Source: Eledone cirrhosa (taxonomy: Eukaryota). From it: a stretch of 64,000 bases of DNA. This document shows positions 42,350 through 57,269 of the stretch, piece after piece. Made by a program: the position numbers and the translations under genes. Positions within the stretch are counted from its first letter, which is position 1. Every line of letters starts with the position of its first letter. The notes under the pieces were generated by a model that worked only from the letters and a program-made list of their open reading frames with translations, made no database searches and was not told the origin of the DNA. The stretch spans positions 116,622,001 through 116,686,000 of the forward strand of contig OZ024742.1 of assembly GCA_964016885.1 (NCBI GenBank), read 5' to 3'.

Positions 42350-45300
42350 TCATCATCATCATTTTACGTCCGCTTTTCCCTGCTTGCAAGGGTGGGACGG
42401 GTCTTATTCAGCACAGCATCTCTCCACTCGTCACGGTCCCTCGTCATCTCCACCGTGAGCTTCAATGATCTGAGGTCTGTTCTCACCACCTCCGCCCATG
42501 TTTTTCGTGGTCTACCTCTACCACGTCTTCCTTCAACTGGCATTTCCTGGCACTTCTTCACCCATCGGTCATCCTCCATGCGCATCACATGTCCATACCA
42601 CCTCAGTCTCCTCTCCCGTACACTACATTCTATCACTCTCAGACACAGTCTCTCTCTCAACACATTTATGCTGGGTCGTTCACGCACATTTACACTACAC
42701 ATCCAACGGAGCATGCTTGCCTCATTTCTCTCCAGCCGTCGCATATCCTCTGGAGTTGCTGCCCGTGTCTCACTACCATGCAGCATCGCGCTCCTCACAC
42801 AGGCATCATACAACCGGCCTTTCGTACGCAGGGAGAAACCCTTCTTCGTCAACAGAGGAAGCAGCTCCCTAAACTTCTTCCAACCCGTCCTTATTCTAGA
42901 TACTATGGCCTCGGAACAACCTCCTCCCATGCTAATCTGATCTCCTAGGTACCGGAAGCTATCCACCACTTCTATAGCGCCCTCTTTCATTTGAAAAATC
43001 TGTCTATCTGTGCGACTTCTACTGTCTAATTTCCCTGTACATCTACTGCATACATATTTCTCCCTACCTGTTAGTTTGCCTGCTATCCCGCTACATCTCT
43101 TGTGTACCCAGGATCTGCATTGTGTGCATTTTATAGAATTTATGCCAGTTCCTTTTATGCATATCGAACATGGCCATTTCCCTGACGGAATCAGGGTTTT
43201 GTCCTCTTTTCTACTCATCAACACTTTTGTCTTAGCTAGATTCACTCTCTGTCCTCTTGCTTCCAACTGCTGTTTCCATAGCCAGAATTTATTCTCTAGC
43301 TCCTCTACTGATTCTGCTATAAGAACCAGATCGTCAGCATAGAGAAGTTCCCATGGACAGCCAGTCTTAAACTCCTCTGTTATGGCTTGGAGGACTATAA
43401 TGAATAAGAACGGGCTGAGGACCGAACCCTAATGTACTCCTACTTGTATCTGGAATTCCTCACTAAACTCCATTCCTACCCTGACTTTTCTGAGAGTACC
43501 TCTGTACAAAGTTTGCACTGTCCTCACAAGCCATTCCTCAACACCTAGTTTCCTTAGGGACCACCAGATGACAGATCGGGGTACCCTATCAAAGGCCTTC
43601 TCTAGGTCAACAAAGGCTAAGTATAGTGGCTTATTCTTCTCTAAGAACCTCTCTTGCATTTGTCTCACCAAGAAGAGGGCATCTGTTGTACTCTTCCCAG
43701 GCACAAAACCAAACTGCATCTCATCTAGTGTGACCCTTTCTCTAATTAGTTGTGCTAAAATCCTTTCTGCCACTTTCATAACCTGATCTATCAGTTTTAT
43801 ACCCCTATAATTGCTCCTCTCCAAAGCATCCCCTTTACCTTTGTAGCAATTTATGAGAATACTGCTGCAACAGTCTTTGGGTATGACACCACCGTATATA
43901 GCCTTATTGATGATGCGTGCAACCAGTTTAGTGCCTACGTCCCCTGATGCCTTCAGCATCTCAGCAACTATTCCCGATGGTCCGGACACCTTACCATTTT
44001 TCATTTCCCTAATCGCGTCTGGGACCCTATATTCGTCAATCTCAATAGCTGGTCCCTCTGTCGGATCTACCAAGGGTAATTTCTCTCTCTCCCATTCGTT
44101 CTCCACATTCATCAGTCTCTCTTAATGACATTTCCAGGCCTCCTTTTTCTGATCATTCGTGACACTAAGTACATCGGCATCATCCCGGACACATTTATCT
44201 CCAACAACATCCTGATTTGCATTGACACACTGCCTTGCAATGTGGAACACCGCATGCCTCTGCTCTTCCGGACGCAGAACATTGGCAAACATCCTACTCT
44301 CTGCCTCCCTGCGTGCTAAGTACACCTGACGTCTAGCTTCTCTCTTAGTGGCTGTATATTCTTCCCTACTCCCACCCTTTTTCCAAGCCTTCCATGCTAG
44401 TCTTTTGTCTCTAATAGCCTTATCTACTGTGCTGTTCCACCACCACGTCACTCTCTGTCTGGTTGGAGCTCTGCTCCAGCCACAGGTTTCATCAGTAGCC
44501 TGCAGCAAGTTGTCACGTAAGAACTTCCAGTTATTATCTATGTCATACGTCTCTAAATCGTCTTCTTTTTCGTCATATACATCTTGAAGGAGGGCTTTCC
44601 TAAATTTGTATTTTAGTGAAAGGTCTTTTAGCTTCCAGACCTTTCTTCTCCACACCTTCCTATATGTCTCATTCCATCTCTTGCTTACTGAGATATCACT
44701 AACAACTAACCTATGCTGTGGGGTACATTCTTCCCCAGGGTATGCCTTGGTATTAGACACTATCTGCCTGTCCCGCTGCCTAACTAGCAGGAAGTCAATC
44801 TGGCTTATTTGCTCACCAGATTTGTAGGTTATTAGGTGATTGGCAGGTTTCTGGAAGTTTGTGTTGCAAATATTCAATGTACTCGCATCACAGAATTCAA
44901 GAAGTCTCACTCCTTCTTCATTTCTTGAACCGTAACCGTGCCCACCATGTACCCCAGTGTAACCATCCTGGAGCTGTCCAACATGACCATTGAAGTCTCC
45001 TGCTAGCATAACGATGTCTCCGTCCTCTGTCATTGTGGTTGTTTGCAAAAGTTGCTCATAAAAGCAGTCTTTCTCATCTTTGCTTAGGCCTGCTTGGGGA
45101 GCATAGACCGAGATGATTGTCAGTAGTCTCCTACCTACAACTAATCTAAGCTTAATTATTCGATTACTAACTCGAACTACCTCTTATTGATCCATTTCTC
45201 AGCCAGGAAAATGCCTACTCCCCCTAACCCATCATCCTTACCTACCCAGAATAGCTTATAGCTAAGACGCTTGCCTACGACTAGTCTCGCAGATGCACCT

Positions 45301-45403
45301 CTCCATCTCACCTCTTGCACGCAGCACACATCCACCTGCCTTCTCTCCAGCATCTCCGCTATTTCAGCAGATCTACCTCTGAGAGTGACAATATTAAGTG
45401 TTG
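42347..45403 (-). mobile_element. Near full-length RTE LINE (APE + RT + PHD finger), disrupted
   Basis: TLNI..., [59 protein letters not shown]. (CAT)n tail at ~42347-42361. Stops and frameshift at ~45177, ~44122 and 43429. Confidence 0.95.
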
Positions 45404-45458
45404 TATATATATATGCATATATATATATATATATATATATATGCATATATATATATAA

Positions 45459-45580
45459 GGTGTGTGGCGGAGTGGTTAGAGAATTGGATTCGCAATCGTA
45501 AGGTTGTGAGTTCGATTCCTGGACCAGGCGATGCGTTATGTCCTTGAGCAAGACACTTTATTTCACGTTGCTCCAACTAC
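45459..45580 (+). mobile_element. tRNA-derived SINE (CORE-like), 3'-truncated
   Basis: A box TGGCGGAGTGG, B box GTTCGATTCC, then TGTCCTTGAGCAAGACACTT. Confidence 0.8.
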
Positions 45581-45707
45581 CTGGAGTTGCGACCGATAGA
45601 TAGTATTAGCAATTGGAAAAACCAACGAAAACATTGTTCCCACTGTCCGATTTGACGAAAGTTGATCGTTCTTATCTATATATATATATATATGCATATA
45701 TATATAT

Positions 45708-45835
45708 AGTTTAGCGAGGTTTTTTATATGAAATCGTGTGTCGAAACAGATATTGTTATACTTGACAGCGAGAAGCGAAAACCAACCAAACAGTGAGTGT
45801 GTTCTGTTATTAATTCTGGCAAGTATAACAATATA
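45708..45835. mobile_element. Tail-out mini-insertion, same family as 21181-21315 and 28676-28960
   Basis: ATATTGTTATACTTG (45750-45764) and CAAGTATAACAATAT (45820-45834). The interior matches 21220-21277. Confidence 0.7.
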
Positions 45836-45850
45836 TATATATATATATAT

Positions 45851-46524
45851 ATAAACGGAAAAAATGAAACGAAATTTCATTTCCCACTCTTAGTACGGCT
45901 GTTACTTAAATATAAGTATGTACACGTACATACATATATGTATACAGACGTACAGTAGTATATATATATACATACATGCACACATATATATATATGTACT
46001 TATGGATTCACCGAATATTTACTATAATGCTCGGTGTGTTTGTAAACAAACATCCCGTATTAAGCCGTAGTGTCTAGCAACCATCGTTGCTCGTTTGTTC
46101 AACACTGACAAAGGAACGCTGTACTAGTTTCAAGCTTATTAGCTATCGTCAGCAACGTATACCTTCCTGCTAGATTGTTGAACGTATATACTTACCTTAT
46201 GCATATTAACGGCTGAGTAGCCCAATTTGCATATCGAGTGGGTTAATCGGCCGGGTGCACCGAAAACGATAAACGGAAAAAATGAAACAAAATTTCATTT
46301 CCCACTCTTAGTACGGCTGTTACTTAAATATAAGTATGTACACGTACTTACATATATGTATACAGACGTACATTAGTATGTATATATATACACATACATG
46401 CACACATATATATATGTACTTATGGATTCACCGAATATTTACTATAATGCTCGGTGTGTTTGTAAACAAACATCCCGTATTAAACCGTAGTGTTCAGCAA
46501 CCATCGCTGCTTGTTTGTTCAGCA
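45851..46524 (-). mobile_element. Retrozyme-like non-coding tandem repeat (~419-bp unit, ~1.6 copies)
   Basis: 45851-46103 recurs at 46270-46523. A minimal hammerhead lies in the unique part. Confidence 0.7.
46117..46157 (-). ncRNA. Minimal type I hammerhead
   Basis: CGTTG-CTGACGA-T-AGCT-AATA-AGCT-T-GAAA-CTAG-T-A/CAGCG with palindromic ACTAGT. Confidence 0.8.
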
Positions 46525-49500
46525 TAATAAATCAATTGAATTTCATAAAAGGGACAAGAGCAATAATTTTGCAATACACAAAAAAAAACCCAGTATATTT
46601 CAACATCACACCAAACCTAAGAAAATCGCCCGTCCAACTGGCCCTTCGTGATTTATGTAGAAACCTTTCTATTTCAAGCATGTGATATTTCTTTTGTTTG
46701 AGGAAACTTCCAACCCCTTTTCCCACAAGTTTTGAGGCTCTGAATAGTATCATGGGCTGTATTTTTCCCTTGTTATCTAAACTGTAAGAAAAACAAAAAA
46801 TCTTGTTCTGTCCACAACAGTTTTTGTGTGATTTTGTTTTCAATGTGCTATTCTCTAACTATTTCCTGGTCATATGTTGAATTAAATACACTGTTTGCAT
46901 TTTTCAATTAAATTTGAAAATAATCAACAATTTGGATTGGTTTTAGTGAAATAACTAAATTTGGTGTTATTAAGCGAGTGTTTGTAACATAACTTTACGA
47001 AATTCTTTTTTAATATTATAATGGGATGTTTTAATTTAAATATCCACACTTTCAAAATGTTTTGAGCATGTCTGCATTAAAAGGGATGAATATAGGAATG
47101 TATTTTCTTTGTAGTTTGTTTTAGTATCTACTGAATATCTTAATGATGGGAAATAAATAAATAAAATAAAATGAATAAAATAATATGAATTAGAAACTAT
47201 CTATTGATACATAATGTACATCCTAGTAGTATGTACATCTCTAAGAACAAATAAAAATTCTAAATTCTTATTTGCAAACGTTTCCTTCTTTTTGAAGGTG
47301 GTAGTAGTGTTTGGTTGGTTATGGGGGTATTTGAAATATGCAGCTGCCAATATATACATGGTAGGATTGTATGGCAGCATTAGTATTTTCCTGCAAGGTT
47401 TTGTGTTTGATTATTTGCTCTACTTCCATCAGTGTACCTAAGAGATTAGCTAGTATTGATTTGTCTTACAACTTTAAGTTTTCATATAAATTACTGTTAT
47501 TTCCAAATGAAGATTTTACTTTATTTTTCTTCTTCTTTAGTCGACCTATTGCTGCTGCTAAGAAAATTTGAAAATTACCAAATAAAGCTTTTGTCTGAAA
47601 AGCAAGATAAAACAAAATAAAGTATAGATCAGATAAAAATACAAACAAAAACACCTGTATATGACATTAATACATTTCTTAGAAACCTTATTAGTTCAAT
47701 CAGCTAAGTAAAGATCTTTGTAGTTTTTAGAAAACATTGTAATATAATGAATTTAAGTGAAGACGAGGTGAGATGGAAGCCACTAACAGTGGTTATTAAA
47801 AGGGAGGGAGTGGAATATGTTAGAAAGACTAGCCAAATCTTCCTCTATGAAGAAATCGAAGGAAACAGTGAATAATATAAAGTGACATACAACAGGCATA
47901 ATCATCATTTTATATTCATCTTCTTTGTTGATATGGGTTGGACAGGTTGTTACAGCCTATGTCAATTCTTATTTGTAGTTACTACTCTTCTAGACAAGTC
48001 AGAAGACTGTCTCATATATTCCACTTTATAGCATTATTTTGAAACATGAGTGCCACACCTAATGCCAACTTCATTGATTGTACTGGATGCATATTATTTT
48101 GGCACTAGCACTAGAGAGAGTGTCATGTCCTCAGAAAGTCTAAATAGTTTTCTCTCTCCTCTGCCTAAAAAGGAATGAGAAAATAATTGTGTTATGGCTG
48201 AATCATAGGCTTGCTCAGTCCAGGGCCTCCTTGGGAGCTAAACAAGAAAAAGGGAAAATAAATTGATTTGATATTTTTGTTTTACAAAACACTAATCATA
48301 ACATGAAAACATTTTTTTTTCTCCTTCTGCTCCTCATACTCTACTCTTCCTCCTCATACTTCTCTTCTTCTTGCTTTTCCTCCCCTCCCTCTACATCCTC
48401 CTTCTTCCTATCCTCCTCCTCCTGAAAGGGTGTTGGAGATACTGATCAGACATGCCTTCAAGAGGACCCTATTACAGGCAACCATTTCAAAATGATCCTG
48501 TTGGATCCCCAAGCAAGAACAACTATCTGGCTTAAGGCTATTATGAGGAAAAATTATGAGTAAAATTTTCATTTTAGGCTTTTTTCTAACATAATCTGCT
48601 ACTTATGGATAATTTGTTTGACTTTTATGAAATTGATCTGGCAACTTTGATTGCTGATACAATTCTACCAGCAATCATTTGTTTTGATTTTACCTTGGCT
48701 GCCTTGCTACATTTTCTTTTTGCCTCTATCTGCCTCTCCAGTAATTGTCATTTCGATGTTGGTGCCATCACCATCCTCTTTGTTCTCAACACGTCTTTCT
48801 TAATTCAAACTATTCACTTGCCCAGATATGTGTTGTAACCAATTGCTTTTAAGGCAGCATCTCATCCACAGCTCCACACTATAGCAATACCATCCTCTTT
48901 TTATTCTGGTATATTTATTGCTCTTCTTTACTTTCGCTTCACCACTCCACTTGCCTAGATTGGCTTGTTTTATCACCTTCTGTATATGAGGTAGCAACCT
49001 GTTCTTGCTCCTACACCATTGCAACCACTGTCTGTTGTTGTAGTTCACATTATCCATGCACTATATCATATTCTCTAATTCATATTTGATAAACACAACA
49101 CACAACTGTCTATAGTTTGTAAATGTAAAATTTCCATTGACAAAAATGTTGAGTATAAGAGGAATTTAATATAGCATTTAAGAGAGCATGACCATATAAG
49201 GTGTAAAGAGATTGAGAAGATGTAAAGAATAACCTTAAGAAACTGGGCCAAAAAATATAGATGGCACAGAAATGAGGTGAATGATGATATACCATGACAC
49301 AATTATAAACCCTAACTATAAGCACTTCAACACTAAAATTAGCTGTAACAAGAGACCAGAGACTACTTGGAATGGAAAGGTCCCTTTAGCCTGCAGTGAA
49401 TGAGACACCATTCCTAGTGGCACTGGCAGAATATAACACACACAGTCCCATATATGTAGGGAGCACATCTGGCCATGGCCTTGTTGAGTAACTAAAAACC

Positions 49501-50577
49501 TCCTTCATGTAGATGCCATGATGGAGGATACTAGATAGATATATATATTTATATATTTATATATATATATATTAATTGTTTCTACTGTTGGCACAAGGCC
49601 AGCAATTATCCAATGCATTATATATATATTAATGGCAACTTCTCATGCAGAAAAAAATGAACCTAATGCATTCTGGATATTTTTAGTATTAGTGCTGCAA
49701 TTAAATATACCCACTACACACTATAAAATAATAGTGCTGATGTCATGGTATACACTGTTATGTGGTTGGCATTAGGTAGGACATCTTACCATATAAGCCA
49801 TGACAAATATGGAAAGTATAACCAAGATGAAGTCTCTCCAAGCTGTCTATCTCAAACCATAAAAAAACTCTCCAACTCATGTTAGCATAGAAAGCCCACA
49901 TAAAATGATGATGATAATATATGAATTCATGTGTGTGTGTTTACATGTGTACCTATAGCTGTCTGTATCTGCCTTCATAGCGACATTGTTTGAATTAAGC
50001 TGTGACATTGATTTATATCCTGCAGCCATCCGTTCCAATGAAGATGAATAGTTTAGACCAGATCTTAAAATATAGTTTGAGTTGGTTTGAGGAAAGGCAT
50101 AGAAAATCTGCCACTAAAAGTCTCACCCAACCTATACCAGTATGACAAAGCAGATATGAAATGATGATGATCATAAATCCTTGACAAATACTGTTTTTTT
50201 TTCCTTACAACATGATTATTTCTAATTAGCTTTTAAGGGCCTATAAACATTAAACGTATTAACGCTAACTTAACTATACAACTGATAATGTATGTGTAAT
50301 GTATTTTAGCCATATTAGAGTTTAAAATCAAACTATATTTGATCAATCACTAAACACATTTGCACACACAACTATCTTATATTGAATATTTTGATTAATT
50401 CAAATTAGTAGGCTTCTTTTGAGGTTGTTATCTTTTTGGAATAACAGACTGGTTGTCATATCATTTTCTGTATTTATCTATTCCAAAATTCTTTTTCTTA
50501 AATTTATTTTTATATCTCACTAAATAGCAAATATTCACAGTGTGTGTGTGTGCATCTCTCTCACCCTCTCTCTCTTT

Positions 50578-51290
50578 ATATATATATATATACATATACA
50601 CATATATATATATACACATACACACATATATATATACACATATACATATATATACACATACACATATATAGACACATACACATATATATATATATACACA
50701 TATATATATATATACACATACACACATATATATATATACACATACACATATATATATATATATATACACATACACACACATATATATATATATATATATA
50801 CACATACACACATATATATATAGACATACACACATATATATATATATACATACACACATATATATATACACATACACACACATATATATATACACATACA
50901 CACACACATATATATATACACATACACACACACATATATATATACACATACACACACATATATATATATATATACACATACGCACACACATATATATATA
51001 TATATATATACACATACACACACACATATATATATACATATACACACAAATATCTATATATATACACATGCACACGCATATATATACGAGTACACATACA
51101 CACACACATATATATATACACGTGCACATGCATATATATACGAGTACACATACACACACACACATATATGTATACATGTATATATATACATATGTGTGTA
51201 TATATACGAGTACACATACACACACACATATATGTATACATGTATATATATACATATGTGTGTATATATACACACACACATATACAGATA
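50578..51290. repeat. Compound (TA)n/(CA)n microsatellite with ~40-70-bp higher-order units
   Basis: Directly visible; TATACGAGTACACATACAC recurs three times. Confidence 0.9.
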
Positions 51291-52202
51291 TTTGTCTATA
51301 TTACTCACTATTGTATCTATTTTTCCCTAAATATATAAGAAAAGTGCTTTTTTTTTCATATAAGTCATTTTCCTGTTATTTTGTTATAAACCACCTAGTG
51401 AGTGCTAAACATCAAATGAATAACTACAAGTAGGGATTATTAATCTCAGTGGGGGTACTCTATATTTCTAGCATTTAATACACTTTATGTTTGCACGAAG
51501 GTCTGGACAGCATATTGTTGAGAGCTCAACAGTTCATCTATCTCTGTACAACTAGGAATCAAATCAACTTATTGATTATCTGTGTCAGATTGCTACCTGC
51601 TGTGAAGCTGTCTAGAGCAAATCCAGTCAAAGCATGCCATCATTCTAAACACTTCTCTTTCTTTTTTTCTTATATTCTTTATCACTTACTTTCCCTTTCT
51701 GTGTTTTGTTTTTGTTGTTGTCATTGTATTTTTTTCCAACTATCTACAGTGTTTGCTGTATCTTATCTGAAAGAAGCTTGCTGTTATCTTTCCTAATTTC
51801 TTCCTATTTGGAGGATGCAATGCATTAACTTAACTGATCGATTAAACTAGAATGTTTTGGTGTATAACTCAGCTTTCCATTCCAACTATATTCTTGCTGA
51901 GGTAATGGTGGAGGCACTACTCCAAGCCTCACTACAACAGCCTACAAAATGTTGATGTTCTCTTCAATATAAAAATAGGCTCAGTGTTAAAAAAACAGTA
52001 ATCCTTTCCTTATTTTATTAGTTTCAGTAATTAAAATGTGGCTATGCTGGGGCATCACCTTCCAGGAATTTAATTCATCATGTTGACCTCAGTAATTAGA
52101 TTTTCAAGTCTGGTACTTAATTTATCAATCTATATTTGTTGAAGCATCATGGGACATATACAATAAACAAAAAAATAGACATATATGTTCATACATATAT
52201 TT

Positions 52203-52740
52203 GAGGTGGTACTAAAACGTTCCTGGACTAGTTGTGTTTAAAATATGCAATATACCTAAGTTTTAACATCATCCTCAAAATAGCAATACACAGCAATACA
52301 CGGATTCCAGTATTCCTGGCACTTTTAGAATCTGGCCTGGAAATAATTTTCTGTAAGCAAGTCGAGGACCTTCTGCGATTCGCTCTGGATCTCAGCAACG
52401 GTGTTAAAATTGACTTGCATTTTCAGCTTGGAGAAGAGATGGAAGTCGGCAGGTGCTAAATTTGGTAAATATGGTGGGTGCAGAAATGATAAAATGTTGC
52501 TTTTGGTGAGAAAGTCATGAGCTTGGAGAGCTCAGGGACAGGGTGCATTGTTATCATGAAGAACCCAATTCTTTGCACTCCACAGATCCAGTTGCTTTCA
52601 CCGAACGTCCTCCCTCAGATACCTCAAAACATTGCGGTAGGATTTTCGATTGACAGTGTGGTCCTGTGGGACAAATTATCGATGTACAATACCATGGACG
52701 TTAAGAAAAAACGATGAGCATCCTTTTGATTGAGCTGTGG
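52203..52740 (-). mobile_element. Degenerate mariner transposon 3' fragment
   Basis: Minus strand translates to MLIVF...GIVHR*FVP...TVN...WVLHDNNAP...HPPYLPNLAPADFHLF. Confidence 0.75.
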
Positions 52741-53171
52741 CTCTGTTGTGCCACATACAATCACTAACATATCTGATCTCTTTAGCTAAGTAGCTTCTAA
52801 CATTCTGTCTTTTGTATCAAGTAACTTTCCAAATAAAGAAATTGTTGTCTGGATCCATAATTTCCAGAGTTTTCTGACTGAGAAAACTATTTTGCCAATG
52901 ACAAATACCAAGGCCTTTGAAATGGATGTGGTTATATATACTTAGATAGAAAGAGATATTTATATTCATATTCAGTTTAAGTTGATTTAGACACATTCTC
53001 TTTCCTGTTAAATACATAGAGTTATATATAGACTTAGACGCAGTCAGACATATAAATTCTGCTATCTACCTAATATGATACAGCGCGATAGAGAGAGATA
53101 ATAATCTTTTAATGACATATTCTCACACATTTCATATAGATGGCTGTATTAAAAATAATAATGATCAAGAG

Positions 53172-53214
<43 letters not shown>

Positions 53215-53310
53215 CTGTGTGTGTGTGTGTGTGTGAGTAAGCATTTATATATATACACACATAGATATAAATGCACACACTCACATTTTATAAACCAGAC
53301 GTATATATAC

Positions 53311-53374
<64 letters not shown>

Positions 53375-53879
53375 AAAACATTAAATCCCAATTAATGAAG
53401 AAACACTATAGAGAAGAAGGAAATAGTTATTTGTGAGGTTTTCTCGTGTAATGTGATCTATGATGTAAATGGTTACAAGAGATAAGAACTGCCTCAAACT
53501 GGACATGTTCCAGAGTGTTGGCTAGAGGCAGTCTTGGTCAAAGTGTACAGCATAAGTCAATTACGAAATTGCTTTTCTATATCTTTGCCAATGTTTTCAA
53601 TACTGTTCTTTCTTTTCTTTCCATCTTCAAGTTTTAAGCTAAGCTCAGATATTTTCAACTCATCCACCCCCATCTCTTCTCCTAATTTACCTCCATTTTA
53701 CCATTCCACTTAATAACCACCTCACTTTCATTTACAAGCCATCACCATGTTTTCTTTGGTTTCTAATGAAGGCTCCAATCCGTATTTGTTATCTTTAAAT
53801 CAATGAATATGGGCAACATCCCAAATCTCTCTCAGAATATCATTAGTCACCTCCCCTGTCCATAGTCTTCATGAACTGG

Positions 53880-54680
53880 ATTGACATGTTCAACTGGGCT
53901 GGAATTTGCAGATGACATTGTATTACTTAACTCATCAGAATGGGATCTCCAATATACACTTTATAGGTTTGATACCGAGTTTTGCATGTCTGTAATAAAA
54001 ATCAGTGCTGTGAAGGCTAAGACACACATTCTCTCAAGAATGGCTGCAGAGGGTATTCTACATACGAGTGGAGTTCCACTGAAGCAGGTGGTGAAGTTAA
54101 AGCCTCTTGGCACCATGTTCATGAGTGATGGAAGGCAGGAGACTGAATTGTGTCTAAGAATTGCCGGAGTGGTGCAGTAATGCACGAGCTTCAGCATTCA
54201 GTATTCAAAGGGGAGGTAGGTGTAAAACCCAAACTTACTATCTTCTATTCGGTATTCATGCCAACACTTACCTCTGGTAATGAACCTTGGGTAATGACTT
54301 AAAAATACGATCAATAATACAAGTGGCTGAAATGGTGTTACTTTGAAGTGTGTAGTTCAGAGCTCAGAGAGGCACTTCAGGTAGAGCCACTATTCTCTGA
54401 ATTGAGAGATCACAGCTCCGATACTTTCATCATGTGGTTAGCATGTCTCAGGAAAGAAACACTGGACAGATTTTGTAGGCAAATCCAACCAGCAGGAGAC
54501 CTGAACATAAACTATGAGTAAAATGGTTGGATAACATCTATGAGCTCAGCTGGTCTTGCTTGAAGATCCAGCCAGATCAGTTGAGAATGATTATTTCTGA
54601 CAGGAGCTGCTGGAAGAAATGTTTGAGAACTCTGCTCTCACTACTTTCCCAGGAATAAGTGTGGGAAAAAGAAGGAAAAG
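53880..54680 (+). mobile_element. Old RTE-like LINE 3' fragment (different family)
   Basis: FADDIVL...KISAVKAKT...LKQVVKLKPLG...SDG; heavily decayed. Confidence 0.65.
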
Positions 54681-54726
54681 AAGTCTTAGAACATTTTCCC
54701 AGAGTAAAACTTACAATCAAACCAAG

Positions 54727-54761
<35 letters not shown>

Positions 54762-54774
54762 CATCGGCCACACG

Positions 54775-56003
<1,229 letters not shown>

Positions 56004-56347
56004 ATTCAAGTTGTTATTCTTTGAGAGGGTCATGCTGCCAATGAAAACACATGCAGCTATTGGTTTTCCCTTCAATTTATTATCAACTTCCAGTCAGTTA
56101 GTTTGATAACTGGATCATTGTTTATTTGTTGATTGTCAAAGCTCTTTTGCCACACATACGGTGACCTCCTCAGTGACTATCTTTATTGTTGTTTTGTGTC
56201 TCTCCTTTCTTCTTTCCTGCACCATAATGTAGGACAGAATAAATATCTGCTTCAACACTTTTTTTTCAGATAAGAAACCTAGCAATACAAATACGATCAT
56301 CATATCATCATCACTGTTTAACACCCATTTTTCCATGCTAGCATGGG

Positions 56348-56401
<54 letters not shown>

Positions 56402-57178
56402 CATACATACATACATACATACATACATACATACATACATACATGTAAGTATACTTCATCATTATCCTTATTTTGCTCCTTGCTGTACAACACATCAGTG
56501 GGTTCTTTGATGCTTCCAGCACCATCCCAGTTTTTCTATGAAGAGAAGGAAAAGAAACCATGTTGGTGGCTTCTTGACAATCTTTCTGACAGTGCAATAT
56601 AACTGAGAGAGAGAGCTACCTACGTATAAATGTGTGTGTGCCTGTGTGTGTGTGTGTGTGTGTGTGTGTATTCAGGTGTCGACCATGTTGATATTGCCTA
56701 AATTAGAAAGTTTGAAAAGGTTGGGTGAGTATTGGTTATAAAGAGCCAATAACATTTCTTAATTACCCACGTGAAAACTTGTTCACCATATTGTGTGCAT
56801 GTACAAAAGAATGCTGTAATATATCAATGAAAAAATCTAAAATGCGGAGTACATTAAATTTAAAATAGTCTATTTTGAGTATTCCCTGTTACTTCATGTC
56901 ATCAAACATGCAAGATGTCTTCTATATTTATTTCATTTAGACATAATCACCAAGATTTGGTGCCAAGATTGAAATTTATTCTAATCCTGGAACACTACTT
57001 CATTGTCTTCTGTAATATGAGTGATGCTTCAGAAAATTTTGAAAGTTTCAATGCTTTACAGAAAGCCAACACATATTTGTTTCAGCTTTCTGTGCTCTGA
57101 GTTCAAAGCCTGACCAGGCCAAATTTGCATATTTCATTCCAGAGTTGAAAAACAATATACCAGTCAAGAACTGGAATT

Positions 57179-57180
<2 letters not shown>

Positions 57181-57266
<86 letters not shown>
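57181..57266. repeat. (CT)n microsatellite
   Basis: Directly visible. Confidence 0.97.

Positions 57267-57269
<3 letters not shown>

Noticed and set aside
45459-45530. tRNA gene
   Set aside because: The A and B boxes run into a SINE core, and there is no good acceptor stem or terminator.
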